A stretch of 64,000 nucleotides of DNA from Prevotella sp. (GTDB taxonomy: Bacteria; Bacteroidota; Bacteroidia; Bacteroidales; Bacteroidaceae). Below the pieces are notes generated by a model. The model worked only from the letters and a program-made list of their open reading frames with translations, had not been told where the DNA came from and made no database searches. Position numbers and translations under genes: made by a program. Below are positions 51,341 to 61,594 of this stretch, piece by piece. The first letter of the stretch is position 1. Every line of letters begins with the position of its first letter. The DNA is taken from assembly GCA_017961115.1 (NCBI GenBank), contig JAGCXX010000080.1, forward strand, positions 1,166 through 65,165, read 5' to 3'.

Positions 51341-53350
51341 TCAGTATTGTATGTTCAGTGAGATGGTGTAGTTGCGCTTAGGCATGGGATAGTTGACGAT
51401 GACGTCATAATCCTGGCTCAGCAGGTTGTTCACCTCGAGGGTTGCCTTGCAGCGTGCTTTCTGCCATTTCCATTGGTAGGACAGGGCGAGGTCATTGGTG
51501 TACCACGGTTCCATATGGTTGTATATGATGTTTTCTTGTTCGTTGTAGCGCTCACCTGCATAGATAAAACTATAGTGGAGGCTCCAGTTGCCATAGTCGG
51601 CACCGAGGATGGCCGACCCGCTGTGCCAGGGGATGTAGGGTATCTGGTCGCGGTAGTAAGGGGTGGTGGGGTCGGTCACATCGCGTGCGTCCTGATAGGT
51701 GTATTGCAGGCGTCCCGTGAGGGTCAGTCCCCTGAAGGGCTCCATGTCGGCCTCTGCCTCGATGTCGATGCCTTTGATATGCACCTTGCCTAAGTTGAGC
51801 ATGGTCCAGCGGAACTGCTGTCCTTTGGGGTATGCCACAATCTTGTCGCGCACGCTGTTGTAGTAGGCATCGGCTTGTATGCCGACGTGGCGCAGCAGTC
51901 CATGCTCCCACGATTTGTTGAACACCGCACCTGCGTCATATTGGGTGGCGGTCTCAGGACGAAGTGTGGCGTTGCCCATGTCGGTGTAGAACAGGTCATT
52001 GAAAGTGGGCATGCGAAAACTCTTTTTTACAAATGCCCTAAGGGAGAGGAAACGCTTGCGGAAAGGATAGACATTGGCGAAGAAGGCAGGTGTCCATCGT
52101 GTCAGTGTCGGTTGGTTGCCGTCTCGGCGGGTATGGTCGTTGATGATGGAGGCGAGCAGGCTGGCCTGCATCTTCACCCTCGGCAGGTCGACGGCGGTGG
52201 CGGCTGCCACGAGGTTGGACCATCGGGTGGGGTAGGCGAAGTTGTAGAGGTCGGCATTGAGCTTGTTCCATCTCAGGTCATAACTCAGCGACACGCTCCA
52301 TGCAGGAAGCAGTTCATACACGTGCGAGGTGGTGAGATAGACCTCCTGTTGGTAGTAGGTGTTGTCGACAGGCAGTTGAGTGGAGTCGCGGTTGACATAG
52401 TGGGTGCGGTAGTAGGCATATTTTGCCATCACCCTGCTGCTGAAGCGGTTGGTGAAACTCTTCTGCCACTGTGCCTGGTAGAAATTGTTGAAATCCCATT
52501 GGCGCTCGCCTCGCCGCCACACATTGTTGACGATAGCACCGGGGATGCCGCGCTCAGAGTTGTAGAGATAGGCCTTCACGCTCCAGTAGCCCTCGGGAAG
52601 CACCCCGTGTAGGTTGGCTTCCAATCGTTCTGCGTGGATGTCGCCGTTTTGGCGCACGGCGGTGGTGTCCCAAGCGGTGGTGCCGTCGACGTTGACACGG
52701 CGGTAGCGGAATTTGTATTTGCCGCTGGCGTTGAGGAAGCCGGCGCTGACAGAGGTGCTCAGCGTCTCGCTGAGTTTCTGCTCATATAGTCCTGACAGGC
52801 GTATCATGTCGCTTGACCCATATTTCACACTTGCCTTCAGATGATGGGTCTCACCATACGAGAACCAAGGACGGCGGGTACGGATGTACACCGAACCGGC
52901 ATGTCCGAAGTCACTGGCAGTTTGGAAAATGGCACTTTTCTGACCATTGTAGAGTGTCACCTCGTCAACATTGTCAAGGGAATACTGTCCCAGGTCAATT
53001 TGTCCGTTTTGTGCATTGCCCAGTTCCACACCATCGTAGTAGATGCCCAAGTGGTTGGAACCCATGCTGCGTATGTTGACGGTCTTGATGCCGCCAACGC
53101 CACCATAGTCTTTGAGTTGCAGACCGGAGAAATAGCGGAGGGCGTCGGCAACGGAATGGGTGTTCAGTCGCTCCAGTTGCTCGCCGCTTAGTTTCTGCGA
53201 GGGAATCACCTCACGGAAGGTGAGTTTGGAAGTGACGACAACCTCATCGAGGTGCTGTACCGTATCTGGGGGCATCTCGTCACGCTGCGTCATGGCTGTG
53301 GCATAGATAGCCAACAGACACAACAGGCACATGGTCGCAAGTCTTCTCAT
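51341..53350 (-). CDS. btuB: TonB-dependent cobalamin receptor (BtuB-like)
   Basis: LDEVVVT, KDYGGVGGIKTVNIR, FRMPTFNDL, YPMPKR; downstream of a B12 riboswitch. Confidence 0.88.
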   Translation of the reverse strand: MRRLATMCLLCLLAIYATAMTQRDEMPPDTVQHLDEVVVTSKLTFREVIPSQKLSGEQLERLNTHSVADALRYFSGLQLKDYGGVGGIKTVNIRSMGSNHLGIYYDGVELGNAQNGQIDLGQYSLDNVDEVTLYNGQKSAIFQTASDFGHAGSVYIRTRRPWFSYGETHHLKASVKYGSSDMIRLSGLYEQKLSETLSTSVSAGFLNASGKYKFRYRRVNVDGTTAWDTTAVRQNGDIHAERLEANLHGVLPEGYWSVKAYLYNSERGIPGAIVNNVWRRGERQWDFNNFYQAQWQKSFTNRFSSRVMAKYAYYRTHYVNRDSTQLPVDNTYYQQEVYLTTSHVYELLPAWSVSLSYDLRWNKLNADLYNFAYPTRWSNLVAAATAVDLPRVKMQASLLASIINDHTRRDGNQPTLTRWTPAFFANVYPFRKRFLSLRAFVKKSFRMPTFNDLFYTDMGNATLRPETATQYDAGAVFNKSWEHGLLRHVGIQADAYYNSVRDKIVAYPKGQQFRWTMLNLGKVHIKGIDIEAEADMEPFRGLTLTGRLQYTYQDARDVTDPTTPYYRDQIPYIPWHSGSAILGADYGNWSLHYSFIYAGERYNEQENIIYNHMEPWYTNDLALSYQWKWQKARCKATLEVNNLLSQDYDVIVNYPMPKRNYTISLNIQY

Positions 53351-53404
53351 GAAAGGCAGAGTGTGCTCCCCACCATACATCGTGGCATCAGGAGCGGTTC
53401 GCGC

Positions 53405-53558
53405 AATGGCAGGTCTTCTGACTTTGCCGTCTTGCCGCCATCACCTTCCCGGCATGGGCCAGTGGCGTGTCGTTGGCGGTATGGAAGGACGGCTCACAGC
53501 AGCGGGACTGTCCGGGATTCTCACCCGATTCCCTTTTCATCACTAAAAGTGAACCAAT
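53405..53558 (-). ncRNA. Cobalamin riboswitch
   Basis: Minus strand: aaaagggaatcgggtgagaatcccggacagtcccgctgctgtgag...cactgg...gggaagg...agtcagaagacctgcc (B12 box). Confidence 0.95.
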
Positions 53559-53566
53559 TGCAACTG

Positions 53567-53672
53567 CAAAGATACGAATAAGCGAGAGGAAAGCAAAATA
53601 AAAGGCATTTATTTTGCTTTCCCGAGCGAAAGTATCTTCGGCTCGAAGAGCCAAAGTAGTGCAAGGCGAGAG
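53567..53672. repeat. Palindromic REP-like element
   Basis: aagatac...ggaaagcaaaataaa-ggca-tttattttgctttcc...gtatctt. Confidence 0.7.
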
Positions 53673-53711
53673 CTATCCAAAACAAAAAAGGTTTTTTTGA
53701 TTTTAGATTAC

Positions 53712-53745
53712 AGGAGTTTAGAAGTCTAGGAGTTTAGGAGTTTAG
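53712..53745. repeat. 8-bp tandem repeat (AGGAGTTT, about 4 copies)
   Basis: aggagttt agaagtct aggagttt aggagttt ag. Confidence 0.8.
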
Positions 53746-53778
53746 ACAATACTCCTACAAGAATGGCGGTGCAACGTA

Positions 53779-53805
53779 GTAGAGACGTCCATATATGGCG
53801 TCTCT
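53779..53805. repeat. GTAG-headed REP palindrome
   Basis: GTAG-agacg(t)ccatatatggcgtctct. Confidence 0.65.
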
Positions 53806-54046
53806 TAGCCAAGAATGCCGTAATATGAATGCAATTTGTGTTCAATTACATGATAATTATCTGTTTTATATTCACACGAATATTCAGGAATTGCTCACGA
53901 ATTTTTCTAAAATTTTTTCATCCTTTTTTGAGTGCATTGGCACTTTTTTCTCGTTTCACTAAACGCCAAGATTGCCTTTTTCTATCTTTTTCCTAAGCGA
54001 GGCGTTTTTTTTATTCTCTCTCTTTCATCACCAGACCACAGGTCTG

Positions 54047-54115
54047 TCATCCGTGCTCATCCGTGCTCATCCGTGCTCATCCATGCTCATCCGTGCTCAT
54101 CCGTGCTATCCGTGG
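54047..54115. repeat. 10-bp tandem repeat TCATCCGTGC, 6 copies plus 1 degenerate
   Basis: Directly visible. Confidence 0.95.
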
Positions 54116-54269
54116 TTCGTGGTTAATTCATGTTTTTTCTTTCAACACATAATTGCCACAACTTATTCATTAATCATTCAAGTTCCGCAAATGTGAAATT
54201 TCAATAAAATTTATTTCGTTCTGCTCTCGTTTTTTTGTAACTTTGCCCACAATACCAAGAAATACAAAG

Positions 54270-55532
54270 ATGTTAAAAGAACGAATATTGGTGAGCGGAT
54301 GTGAGGGCGAGGCGGCAGGTTTCGACACCCAACTGCTTTATTTCACCTGCTCATCCCTGAGCAGCGACGACCGTCGTCTGTATCTCATCAGTGACCGTGA
54401 TGGGAATCCCAATGTCTACGTCAAAGACTTGGCGAGTGGTGAGGAGCGGCAGCTGACGGACAATCAAAACGGCATTTTGAAAAGTTATGTCTATTTCGAC
54501 GGCAACCCCGGCAAAGGACTGGGTAAGGCAAGCGTATGCCTCGACAGCACACGCGACATCATCTATTATATCCAGGACAACCAGATTTGTAAGGTGGGGC
54601 TGGATGGTGTCATTCATATCCTCAACCATGTTCCCGACGGCAGGATGACGGCCTTCACCCACGTCAGCAGCGATGGCAGGAAGTTGTGCGTGCCGATGAC
54701 GGATGGCAGGATACTCGATTTTGATCCGGATACCGAGGGATATGGCCTGGACAAACGGCCTGTCTACAATATCGACGGACGGGTGCAGGAGGAGAGACTC
54801 AGCAGCTATCTTTGCGTATTCGACACAGAGACGGGAAACCTTTTGTATGAGAAGCCCGTGCCGCTGTGCTGGATTACACACGTGCAGTTCAATCCAATCG
54901 ACTCCGACATCATCATGTACAACCATGAGTGGCCGAGTTTCGACTGCGGCATCCGCCGCATTTGGCTGTATGACCACAGCAAGGATGAGATACGCCGTGT
55001 GCGATGCGAGGGTACCGACACGTTGGGAAATCCTGGAAGCTTCCCGCGCAAGGCAGCCGACTGGGTGTGCCATGAGATGTGGAGCGACGATGGCAAGGTG
55101 ATTGTCTACCACGGAGGATATGCCGACGGACCGGCAATGGTGGGCAAGTATGAGTTGGAGAGCAACCGCTATTGGGAGATTGCCTTGCCGGAAGACTATA
55201 AGGCATACGGCCACTTCACCATGGACCATCAGCAAAACCTATGTTGTGACGGATATTTCAAATTCCCTGAGGACATCAGGGTGGTGAGGGAGAACAGTAC
55301 GGACAATGGCCCCGACCCTCACAAAAAGGATGGTGAGTATATCTCACGCGTCATTCCCCATTGGGAAGAAGGACGGTTGGAATGGTTGCCTCTGTGCAAA
55401 CATCAGAGTGATTGGTTGGGACAGGATGCTCATCCTCATCCCATATACAACCATGGTGGAGGCGAAATCTATTTCAACAGCCGCAGTGGAAAATATGTAA
55501 AAGTCTATGCCGTCAAAACAAAAAATGAATGA
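54270..55532 (+). CDS. Oligogalacturonate-lyase-like beta-propeller protein
   Basis: LLYFT..S, WITHVQFNP, YNHE, RIW, CHEMW, HPHP motifs; no signal peptide. Confidence 0.72.
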   Translation: MLKERILVSGCEGEAAGFDTQLLYFTCSSLSSDDRRLYLISDRDGNPNVYVKDLASGEERQLTDNQNGILKSYVYFDGNPGKGLGKASVCLDSTRDIIYYIQDNQICKVGLDGVIHILNHVPDGRMTAFTHVSSDGRKLCVPMTDGRILDFDPDTEGYGLDKRPVYNIDGRVQEERLSSYLCVFDTETGNLLYEKPVPLCWITHVQFNPIDSDIIMYNHEWPSFDCGIRRIWLYDHSKDEIRRVRCEGTDTLGNPGSFPRKAADWVCHEMWSDDGKVIVYHGGYADGPAMVGKYELESNRYWEIALPEDYKAYGHFTMDHQQNLCCDGYFKFPEDIRVVRENSTDNGPDPHKKDGEYISRVIPHWEEGRLEWLPLCKHQSDWLGQDAHPHPIYNHGGGEIYFNSRSGKYVKVYAVKTKNE

Positions 55533-58215
55533 TATGAAAATGGCGATGAAGAAAACACTGGTTCTCATGTTCGCAAGCATGGGAGCGCTCTGCCTTCAGG
55601 CACAGTCCGTTGTCGATTCATTGGGTCTAACGCAAATAGATGTGGGCTATTCCAAAATTGATGCACGCAGCATTGGCGGTGCTGTGGAGAGAGTGGATGT
55701 GGAGCAGCTGAAAAAAGGACTCGTGACCTCGGCACTCGATGCCCTCAGCGGTCAGACGGCGGGCGTGCAGGTGCAGACCAGCGGTAATCAGGAGGCAATG
55801 GTGAGTGCCGTGCGTGTGAGGGGTACCACCTCGCTGACCGGCGGCAACGACCCCTTGGTCGTCATCGACAATGTGGCCTGCGACCTGGCAACACTGTCCA
55901 CCATCTATCCTGCCGACATCGAGTCGTTCACCATCCTGAAAGATGCATCGGAAACCTCGCAGTATGGCAGCCGCGGTGCTGCAGGCGTCATCCAGGTCAC
56001 CACGAAAAAGGGCAAGGAGGGACGGTTTCAAATCTCCTACGACGGCAATGTCGGTGTCGAGTCGGTGTACAAGAAACTCAACATGTTGTCCGCCGATGCT
56101 TTCCGCGAGGCATCACGCCAGATGAACTTGGGCTTCTACGACGGCGGAGGTTCTACCAACTACAATGATGCCATCCTCAGGAAGGGATTCGTGCAAAACC
56201 ACCATGTGGCTTTCGGAGGAGGAACGGAGAGCAGCAACTACCGTGTCTCCTCAGGATTGATGGACCACTGGACCGTGGTGCGCTCCAACCATCTCCGCAA
56301 CTACATCGTCAAACTCGACATCACACAAAAGGCTTTCGACGACCGCATCACGTTCGACCTGGGGGCTTTTGGCAGTCTACGGCAGACCGAACAGATACCA
56401 TTTCGCAACAAACTTTTCTATTCAGCATCGGCTTTCAACCCTACTGTTCCCGATGGGAGAAACAGCGAAGGGGAATTCGACCAGATACCGGAGGCGGTGT
56501 GGATCAGCAATCCCAACTCGCTGCTGTGGATGGATGAAGATGAGGAGGGTGGAAACTTCAATGCACACTTGAATGCCAAGGCCAACCTTGGATATGGTTT
56601 CCAACTGGCGGTCTTCGGCAGTTTTTCCTACAATACCACCGACAATGCCCACTTCTTTGGATATGAGGCGTATCGGGCGGATGTGAAGACCGAAGAATTG
56701 CTCAACAACATTTCACTTGTGAAGGATTTTAAGATTAAAAACTCCTCGCTCAATTTCTTGGTGCTGGCTGAAAGACAGCAAATCAAGTCGAAAGGCTTTC
56801 ATGTGACGACGACCGACTTCGCTTCCGACAAGTTCGGCTACCACAATATCTCTGCGGGAGCACAGCGCCCTTGGGAGGGAACAGGTTCCTTCTACACAGA
56901 GTCCACATTGGAGTCGTTTATGTTCAGTGCCAAATACAAGTTTCTCGACCGTTATACCATTTCTTTCAACGGACGTGCCGATGGTTCGTCGAAGGTGGGA
57001 AAGAACAACCGATGGGGCTACTTCCCCTCGTTGAGCACTTCATGGGTCATCTGGGAAAAACGCAAGTCAAAGACTCCGCTGAAGGGATGGAAGACTTTTG
57101 TCAACTATGTGAAACTGCGTGCGGGATACGGTCTGAGTGGTAATCTGGGTGGTATTGATGCCTACAACTCCATGCAGTTGGTGGCACCCAACGGCATCAT
57201 CAGTACCAAAGGCACCACCACCACCTCACTGGCTATCCTCCGAAATGCCAATCCTGACCTGAAATGGGAGGTCAAGCACACCTTCAACATCGGTCTGAAT
57301 ACTGCTTTCTGGAATCAGCGCATAGCACTCACTATGGACTATTACTACTCCAAGGTTACCGATATGCTTTATATGTATGATGTGCCGGTGCCGCCCTTCG
57401 CCTTCAACAAGATGCTCGCCAACTTGGGTTCGATGTCTAACAGTGGTTTTGAGGTGGGATTCGGTATCACACCATACCGCAGCAACGACATGGAGTTCAG
57501 CATGGGTATCAATATGTCGTTCGAGCGCAACAAACTCATCTCGCTCGATGGAGAATACAACGGGCAAAAACTGACCGCACCGAAGTCGGCCGGACTGGCT
57601 GCGGTAAGCGGTGCGGGCTTTCATGGTTCCTCTGATGTCGTGTCGCAGATGGTGGGTCAGCCATTGGGTGTATTCAACCTGCCACATTGCACTGGGATGA
57701 CCATCGATGAGAGAGGGGCTCGCCACTATGAGATTACCGAGGAGTCGTATATTTGCGGGCAGGCGACTCCGAAAATGAGGCTGGGGTCGAACTTTGCGTT
57801 CAGATATCGCCATTGGGATATCGCCCTGCAGGCCAACGGCGCTTTCGGCCACCATATCTACAACGGAACGGCTCTTACCTTCATGAATATGCTGTCTCTG
57901 CCCAACTACAATGTGCTTGAGGAGGCACCTGGGATGAATATACAAGACCAGACCATCAGCGACTATTGGCTGGAACGTGGCGACTACGTGAACATCGACT
58001 ATATCACCGTGGGATGGAATGTCCCTTTGAAGTGGCGTTTTGTGAGAAACTTCAGAGTCTCGATGTCGGTCAACAACCTTTGTACTTTCACGTCTTATTC
58101 GGGCCTTACACCCATGATCAACTCAAGTGTTGTCAACAACACGCTGGGTGTCGACGACAAAAACACCTTCCCTGTTTACCGAACTTACTCCATGGGGGTG
58201 AGCATCCAATTCTAA
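55525..58215 (+). CDS. SusC/RagA TonB-dependent transporter (exact start uncertain)
   Basis: RVRGTTSL..GNDPLVVID, LKDAS..YGSRGAAGVI, NPDLKWE; C-terminal F. Confidence 0.93.
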   Translation: MNDMKMAMKKTLVLMFASMGALCLQAQSVVDSLGLTQIDVGYSKIDARSIGGAVERVDVEQLKKGLVTSALDALSGQTAGVQVQTSGNQEAMVSAVRVRGTTSLTGGNDPLVVIDNVACDLATLSTIYPADIESFTILKDASETSQYGSRGAAGVIQVTTKKGKEGRFQISYDGNVGVESVYKKLNMLSADAFREASRQMNLGFYDGGGSTNYNDAILRKGFVQNHHVAFGGGTESSNYRVSSGLMDHWTVVRSNHLRNYIVKLDITQKAFDDRITFDLGAFGSLRQTEQIPFRNKLFYSASAFNPTVPDGRNSEGEFDQIPEAVWISNPNSLLWMDEDEEGGNFNAHLNAKANLGYGFQLAVFGSFSYNTTDNAHFFGYEAYRADVKTEELLNNISLVKDFKIKNSSLNFLVLAERQQIKSKGFHVTTTDFASDKFGYHNISAGAQRPWEGTGSFYTESTLESFMFSAKYKFLDRYTISFNGRADGSSKVGKNNRWGYFPSLSTSWVIWEKRKSKTPLKGWKTFVNYVKLRAGYGLSGNLGGIDAYNSMQLVAPNGIISTKGTTTTSLAILRNANPDLKWEVKHTFNIGLNTAFWNQRIALTMDYYYSKVTDMLYMYDVPVPPFAFNKMLANLGSMSNSGFEVGFGITPYRSNDMEFSMGINMSFERNKLISLDGEYNGQKLTAPKSAGLAAVSGAGFHGSSDVVSQMVGQPLGVFNLPHCTGMTIDERGARHYEITEESYICGQATPKMRLGSNFAFRYRHWDIALQANGAFGHHIYNGTALTFMNMLSLPNYNVLEEAPGMNIQDQTISDYWLERGDYVNIDYITVGWNVPLKWRFVRNFRVSMSVNNLCTFTSYSGLTPMINSSVVNNTLGVDDKNTFPVYRTYSMGVSIQF

Positions 58216-58234
58216 TCCCAAACAGCAGCATCGT

Positions 58235-59887
58235 ATGAAAAAGACATTGCATACAAACAGACGACTTGTCGGGTGGATGGGCTTCCTGCCCATGGCACTG
58301 CTTGGAGCATGGATGATGACGGCATGCTCCCTCGACGAAAATCCTAAAGACCAGATAGAAGAGGAACAGTTGTATGACACTCCGCAAAACCTCTTCCGAC
58401 ATACCGTAGCGACACTGTACAGTTTTATAGGAGGAAGCAGCGACGGACAAGGATTGCAGGGCACCTGCCGAGGGGTTTACGACCTGCAGACCTTCGGGTC
58501 GGACGAGGCGCTGCTGCCCACACGTGGCGTCGACTGGTATGACGGGGGCATCTGGCAAGCTTTGTACAAGCACTCATGGCAACCAGGACATGAGGTCATC
58601 AATAACTCTTGGCTGTATCTCTATAAGGTCATCGTCATGTGCAACAAGTCATTACAGACCATCTTGGACCATTCTAGCATTCTCTCAGAGCGTGAGACAA
58701 TAGAATACTATATGGAGGCAAAGGCTTTGAGAGCTATCTATTATTGGTATTTGCTCGACCTTTTCGGGAATGTGCCTATCGTTCTGTACACAGATGTACC
58801 AATGAATAAGGTGATGCCGTCCAAACGTTCGGAGGTGTTTGAGTTTGTCAGATTCGAACTTGAAGATTGTTTGATGTGGCTGCCCGACCGCAGGAGTGTT
58901 GAGAATACGGAATATTATGGAAGGGCGACCCAGGCCGTGATTGCTTTCTTGCTTGCCAAACTCTATCTCAATGCGGAGGTTTATACTAATGACGACTGGA
59001 CACAGCAGCCCAGAAGAAGTGGTAAGGACATGGTATTCACCATCGATGGTGTGAAGATGAATGCTTGGGAGGCATGTATCTATTACTGCGACAAGTTGAA
59101 GGGAATGGGATACAGACTTGAGGAAGAATACAAAAACAATTTCACCATCGACAACGACAAAAGCAAGGAGAATATCTGGACCATTCCTATGGACAGAGTG
59201 CTTTTCTTCAACCAGCAACAAAATATGTTCCGGTCGTACCATTGGCGTCATGCTGCCGCCTATGGCTTTGACGGAGAGAACGGCACGTCGGCTTCGCTAA
59301 CCACGCTGCGGACCAACCGTTTTGGTGAAAAAGACGAAGACAATCGTTTCGCATTCAATTACTGGCCGGGACTGGTTCTTAACCTAAAGGGTGTTGTCGT
59401 AAAAGATAAGGAAGGAGAGGCACTTTACTATCATCCCTGGGATGTGTCGATAGACCTGACGGGTAAGCCACATATGGAGACGGCGGGTGCCAGGATGAGA
59501 AAATATGAGGTAGACCCCGATGCCGCTCAGGGTGGCAAGGTGATGGACAACGATATCGTGCTGTTCCGTTATGCCGATGCGTTGCTCATGTGGGCTGAGG
59601 CAAAGGTGAGAAACGGTGAGGACGGACAGGCTGAGTTTGACATGGTGAGAAAACGTGCCAAAATGCCTTCAATACCAGCCACTCTCGACAATATCTACAA
59701 CGAGCGACTCATCGAATTGGCTTGGGAGGGTTGGCGACGCAACGACATGATTCGGTTCGACCGCTACCGCAGCGAGTACACAGGGCCAGATGCCGTCGAC
59801 GAGTCCGACCACCACACCATCGTCTTCCCCATCCCCAGCGGAGTCATGGATGCGAATGTCAATCTCGTTCAAAATCCAGGATATTGA
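58235..59887 (+). CDS. SusD/RagB lipoprotein
   Basis: Lipobox MTAC; RAIYYWYLLDLFGNVP, FRYADALL, ERLIELAWEGWRRND, QNPGY. Confidence 0.95.
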   Translation: MKKTLHTNRRLVGWMGFLPMALLGAWMMTACSLDENPKDQIEEEQLYDTPQNLFRHTVATLYSFIGGSSDGQGLQGTCRGVYDLQTFGSDEALLPTRGVDWYDGGIWQALYKHSWQPGHEVINNSWLYLYKVIVMCNKSLQTILDHSSILSERETIEYYMEAKALRAIYYWYLLDLFGNVPIVLYTDVPMNKVMPSKRSEVFEFVRFELEDCLMWLPDRRSVENTEYYGRATQAVIAFLLAKLYLNAEVYTNDDWTQQPRRSGKDMVFTIDGVKMNAWEACIYYCDKLKGMGYRLEEEYKNNFTIDNDKSKENIWTIPMDRVLFFNQQQNMFRSYHWRHAAAYGFDGENGTSASLTTLRTNRFGEKDEDNRFAFNYWPGLVLNLKGVVVKDKEGEALYYHPWDVSIDLTGKPHMETAGARMRKYEVDPDAAQGGKVMDNDIVLFRYADALLMWAEAKVRNGEDGQAEFDMVRKRAKMPSIPATLDNIYNERLIELAWEGWRRNDMIRFDRYRSEYTGPDAVDESDHHTIVFPIPSGVMDANVNLVQNPGY

Positions 59888-60002
59888 AATTTTTGCTACT
59901 TGCAACATGATAATGTTGAATTGCGTTAATTTTTCATAATGGCAACGTGCTTAGTGAGAAAATACCTAACTTTGCAGCCGCAAATTTATTGATTGACAAA
60001 AA

Positions 60003-61406
60003 ATGAAGAAAATCTATTTGTTGCTGATGGCTATGCTGATGGCCACAGCCATCAATGCACAGACAACAGGATACAACCGTCTGAAGAATGTGTCGACAGG
60101 GCATTATGCCAATTTGGCCTCATCAGGCAGTTTCGCACCCGATGTCGACAAGGAAAGTGCCAACGGACTTGCAGGAACGATAGCGTATATGGCTTTTGGC
60201 GACAACCAGGTCACCCAACTCAGAATGCAGGGTGTCGATGTGGTCAACGTGGCGATTCCCATGATGAAGGCATTGGTACTGACCGTCATTGATGAGGAGG
60301 AGTTTATCATCATGCGTACCACCATGGTCGAGATGATAAAAAAGCAGATGACTGGCGCAATGGGCAGTATGATAGCCAGGATGATGGAAGACTACACCTA
60401 TGAGGAGTTTCTGGAGTGGTTCGACAAAATCGACACCAACCTATATTTCGAAAAAGTGGAGAAAGGTGAAGGCTACCGTCTCTTCATGGTCACTCCTGAT
60501 TTCCCGCTCAATGGCGGTACTTTCAATGACTATCTCATCGAAAAGGCCAACCAGTTTATGAAGGCATATACCGGCACGATACAGGAGAAGGCCGATGAGT
60601 ATCTCGTGGGTGACTTGGAGGGCCTGCGCCCCATGGCCTACGTGTTTATCTCCCATATGAGGTTTGGCAACAGGATGTATCTCACTGAGCAGACCGGCGA
60701 ATATGAGTTGAATTTCGGCTTTGCCAACAATGAGGATGTGAGCAAGGCGAAATCCGTTTGGGATTTTGAACAGGTGGATAATGATACCAACTATTTCGGA
60801 CTCACACCACAGGTGATGGATGCTGAGGGCAACTACTACACCTCGTTTGTCGCTGATTTCCCCATCACTTTGGCAGAGGGAATGAAGGCTTATTATGTGA
60901 CCGATGAAATGGATCCCGCCTACTCACAGGTCAGATGGCAGGAGATTGAAAGTGAATATGTTTCAGGAATGACACCGGTCATCATTCAACTCAAGGGCAG
61001 CAGTGCCAACGACAACAAGGTGCAACTGCCCGAAAACGATCCCTATGAATACTTAGACGGAAACCAACTCCTGCCTGTCGCCAATGATTTGGGCTTCCTG
61101 TTGGGCAGAACCTTGGACGAGCCCGACCCCAACATCTATGTGCTTGATGTGAAAGAGGGGAAGGTGTGCCTCGCCAGCAATATGGAGCAGACACTGAAGT
61201 CCAACACGGCTTATCTTTATCTCGATGAGACAAGAAAGGAACAGAACCCATCCTCCTGCCTCTTCTTGGTAGGCAATCTGGCCGGCATCACTGAAGTGGC
61301 TGCTGAGACCAAAGGCTCCAACGTCTGTTACGACCTGCAGGGCCGTCGGGTCAGCCATCCTTCAAAAGGCATCTATATTGTAAACGGCAAGAAAGTCGCC
61401 TTTTGA
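60003..61406 (+). CDS. Secreted hypothetical protein with T9SS-like C-terminal tail
   Basis: Signal peptide; YDLQGRRV..PSKGIYIVNGKK tail. Confidence 0.8.
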   Translation: MKKIYLLLMAMLMATAINAQTTGYNRLKNVSTGHYANLASSGSFAPDVDKESANGLAGTIAYMAFGDNQVTQLRMQGVDVVNVAIPMMKALVLTVIDEEEFIIMRTTMVEMIKKQMTGAMGSMIARMMEDYTYEEFLEWFDKIDTNLYFEKVEKGEGYRLFMVTPDFPLNGGTFNDYLIEKANQFMKAYTGTIQEKADEYLVGDLEGLRPMAYVFISHMRFGNRMYLTEQTGEYELNFGFANNEDVSKAKSVWDFEQVDNDTNYFGLTPQVMDAEGNYYTSFVADFPITLAEGMKAYYVTDEMDPAYSQVRWQEIESEYVSGMTPVIIQLKGSSANDNKVQLPENDPYEYLDGNQLLPVANDLGFLLGRTLDEPDPNIYVLDVKEGKVCLASNMEQTLKSNTAYLYLDETRKEQNPSSCLFLVGNLAGITEVAAETKGSNVCYDLQGRRVSHPSKGIYIVNGKKVAF

Positions 61407-61455
61407 GAACAGCTAGCAAGACACTAAAAGATATGTCGCAATGGCATAAATACAA

Positions 61456-61495
61456 TATAAAAAGTGGGGCAAAAAATCGCCCCACTTTTTATATA
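61456..61495. terminator. Bidirectional intrinsic terminator
   Basis: tataaaaagtggggc...gccccactttttata between convergent genes. Confidence 0.88.
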
Positions 61496-61506
61496 TAATC
61501 TTCAAT

Positions 61507-61589
61507 CTCAATTGTCGTGTAAACTGAGTACAGACGAAAGGTCGCTTTCAGTATGCTGAGGTGCAGGCGACAGTCAAGCGAAGCTTAAA
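61507..61589. repeat. Dispersed repeat element (longest copy in the window)
   Basis: Ends shared with 17002-17041; 3' motif aagcgaagcttaaa also at 2542-2555 on the minus strand. Confidence 0.7.
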
Positions 61590-61594
61590 CCTTC

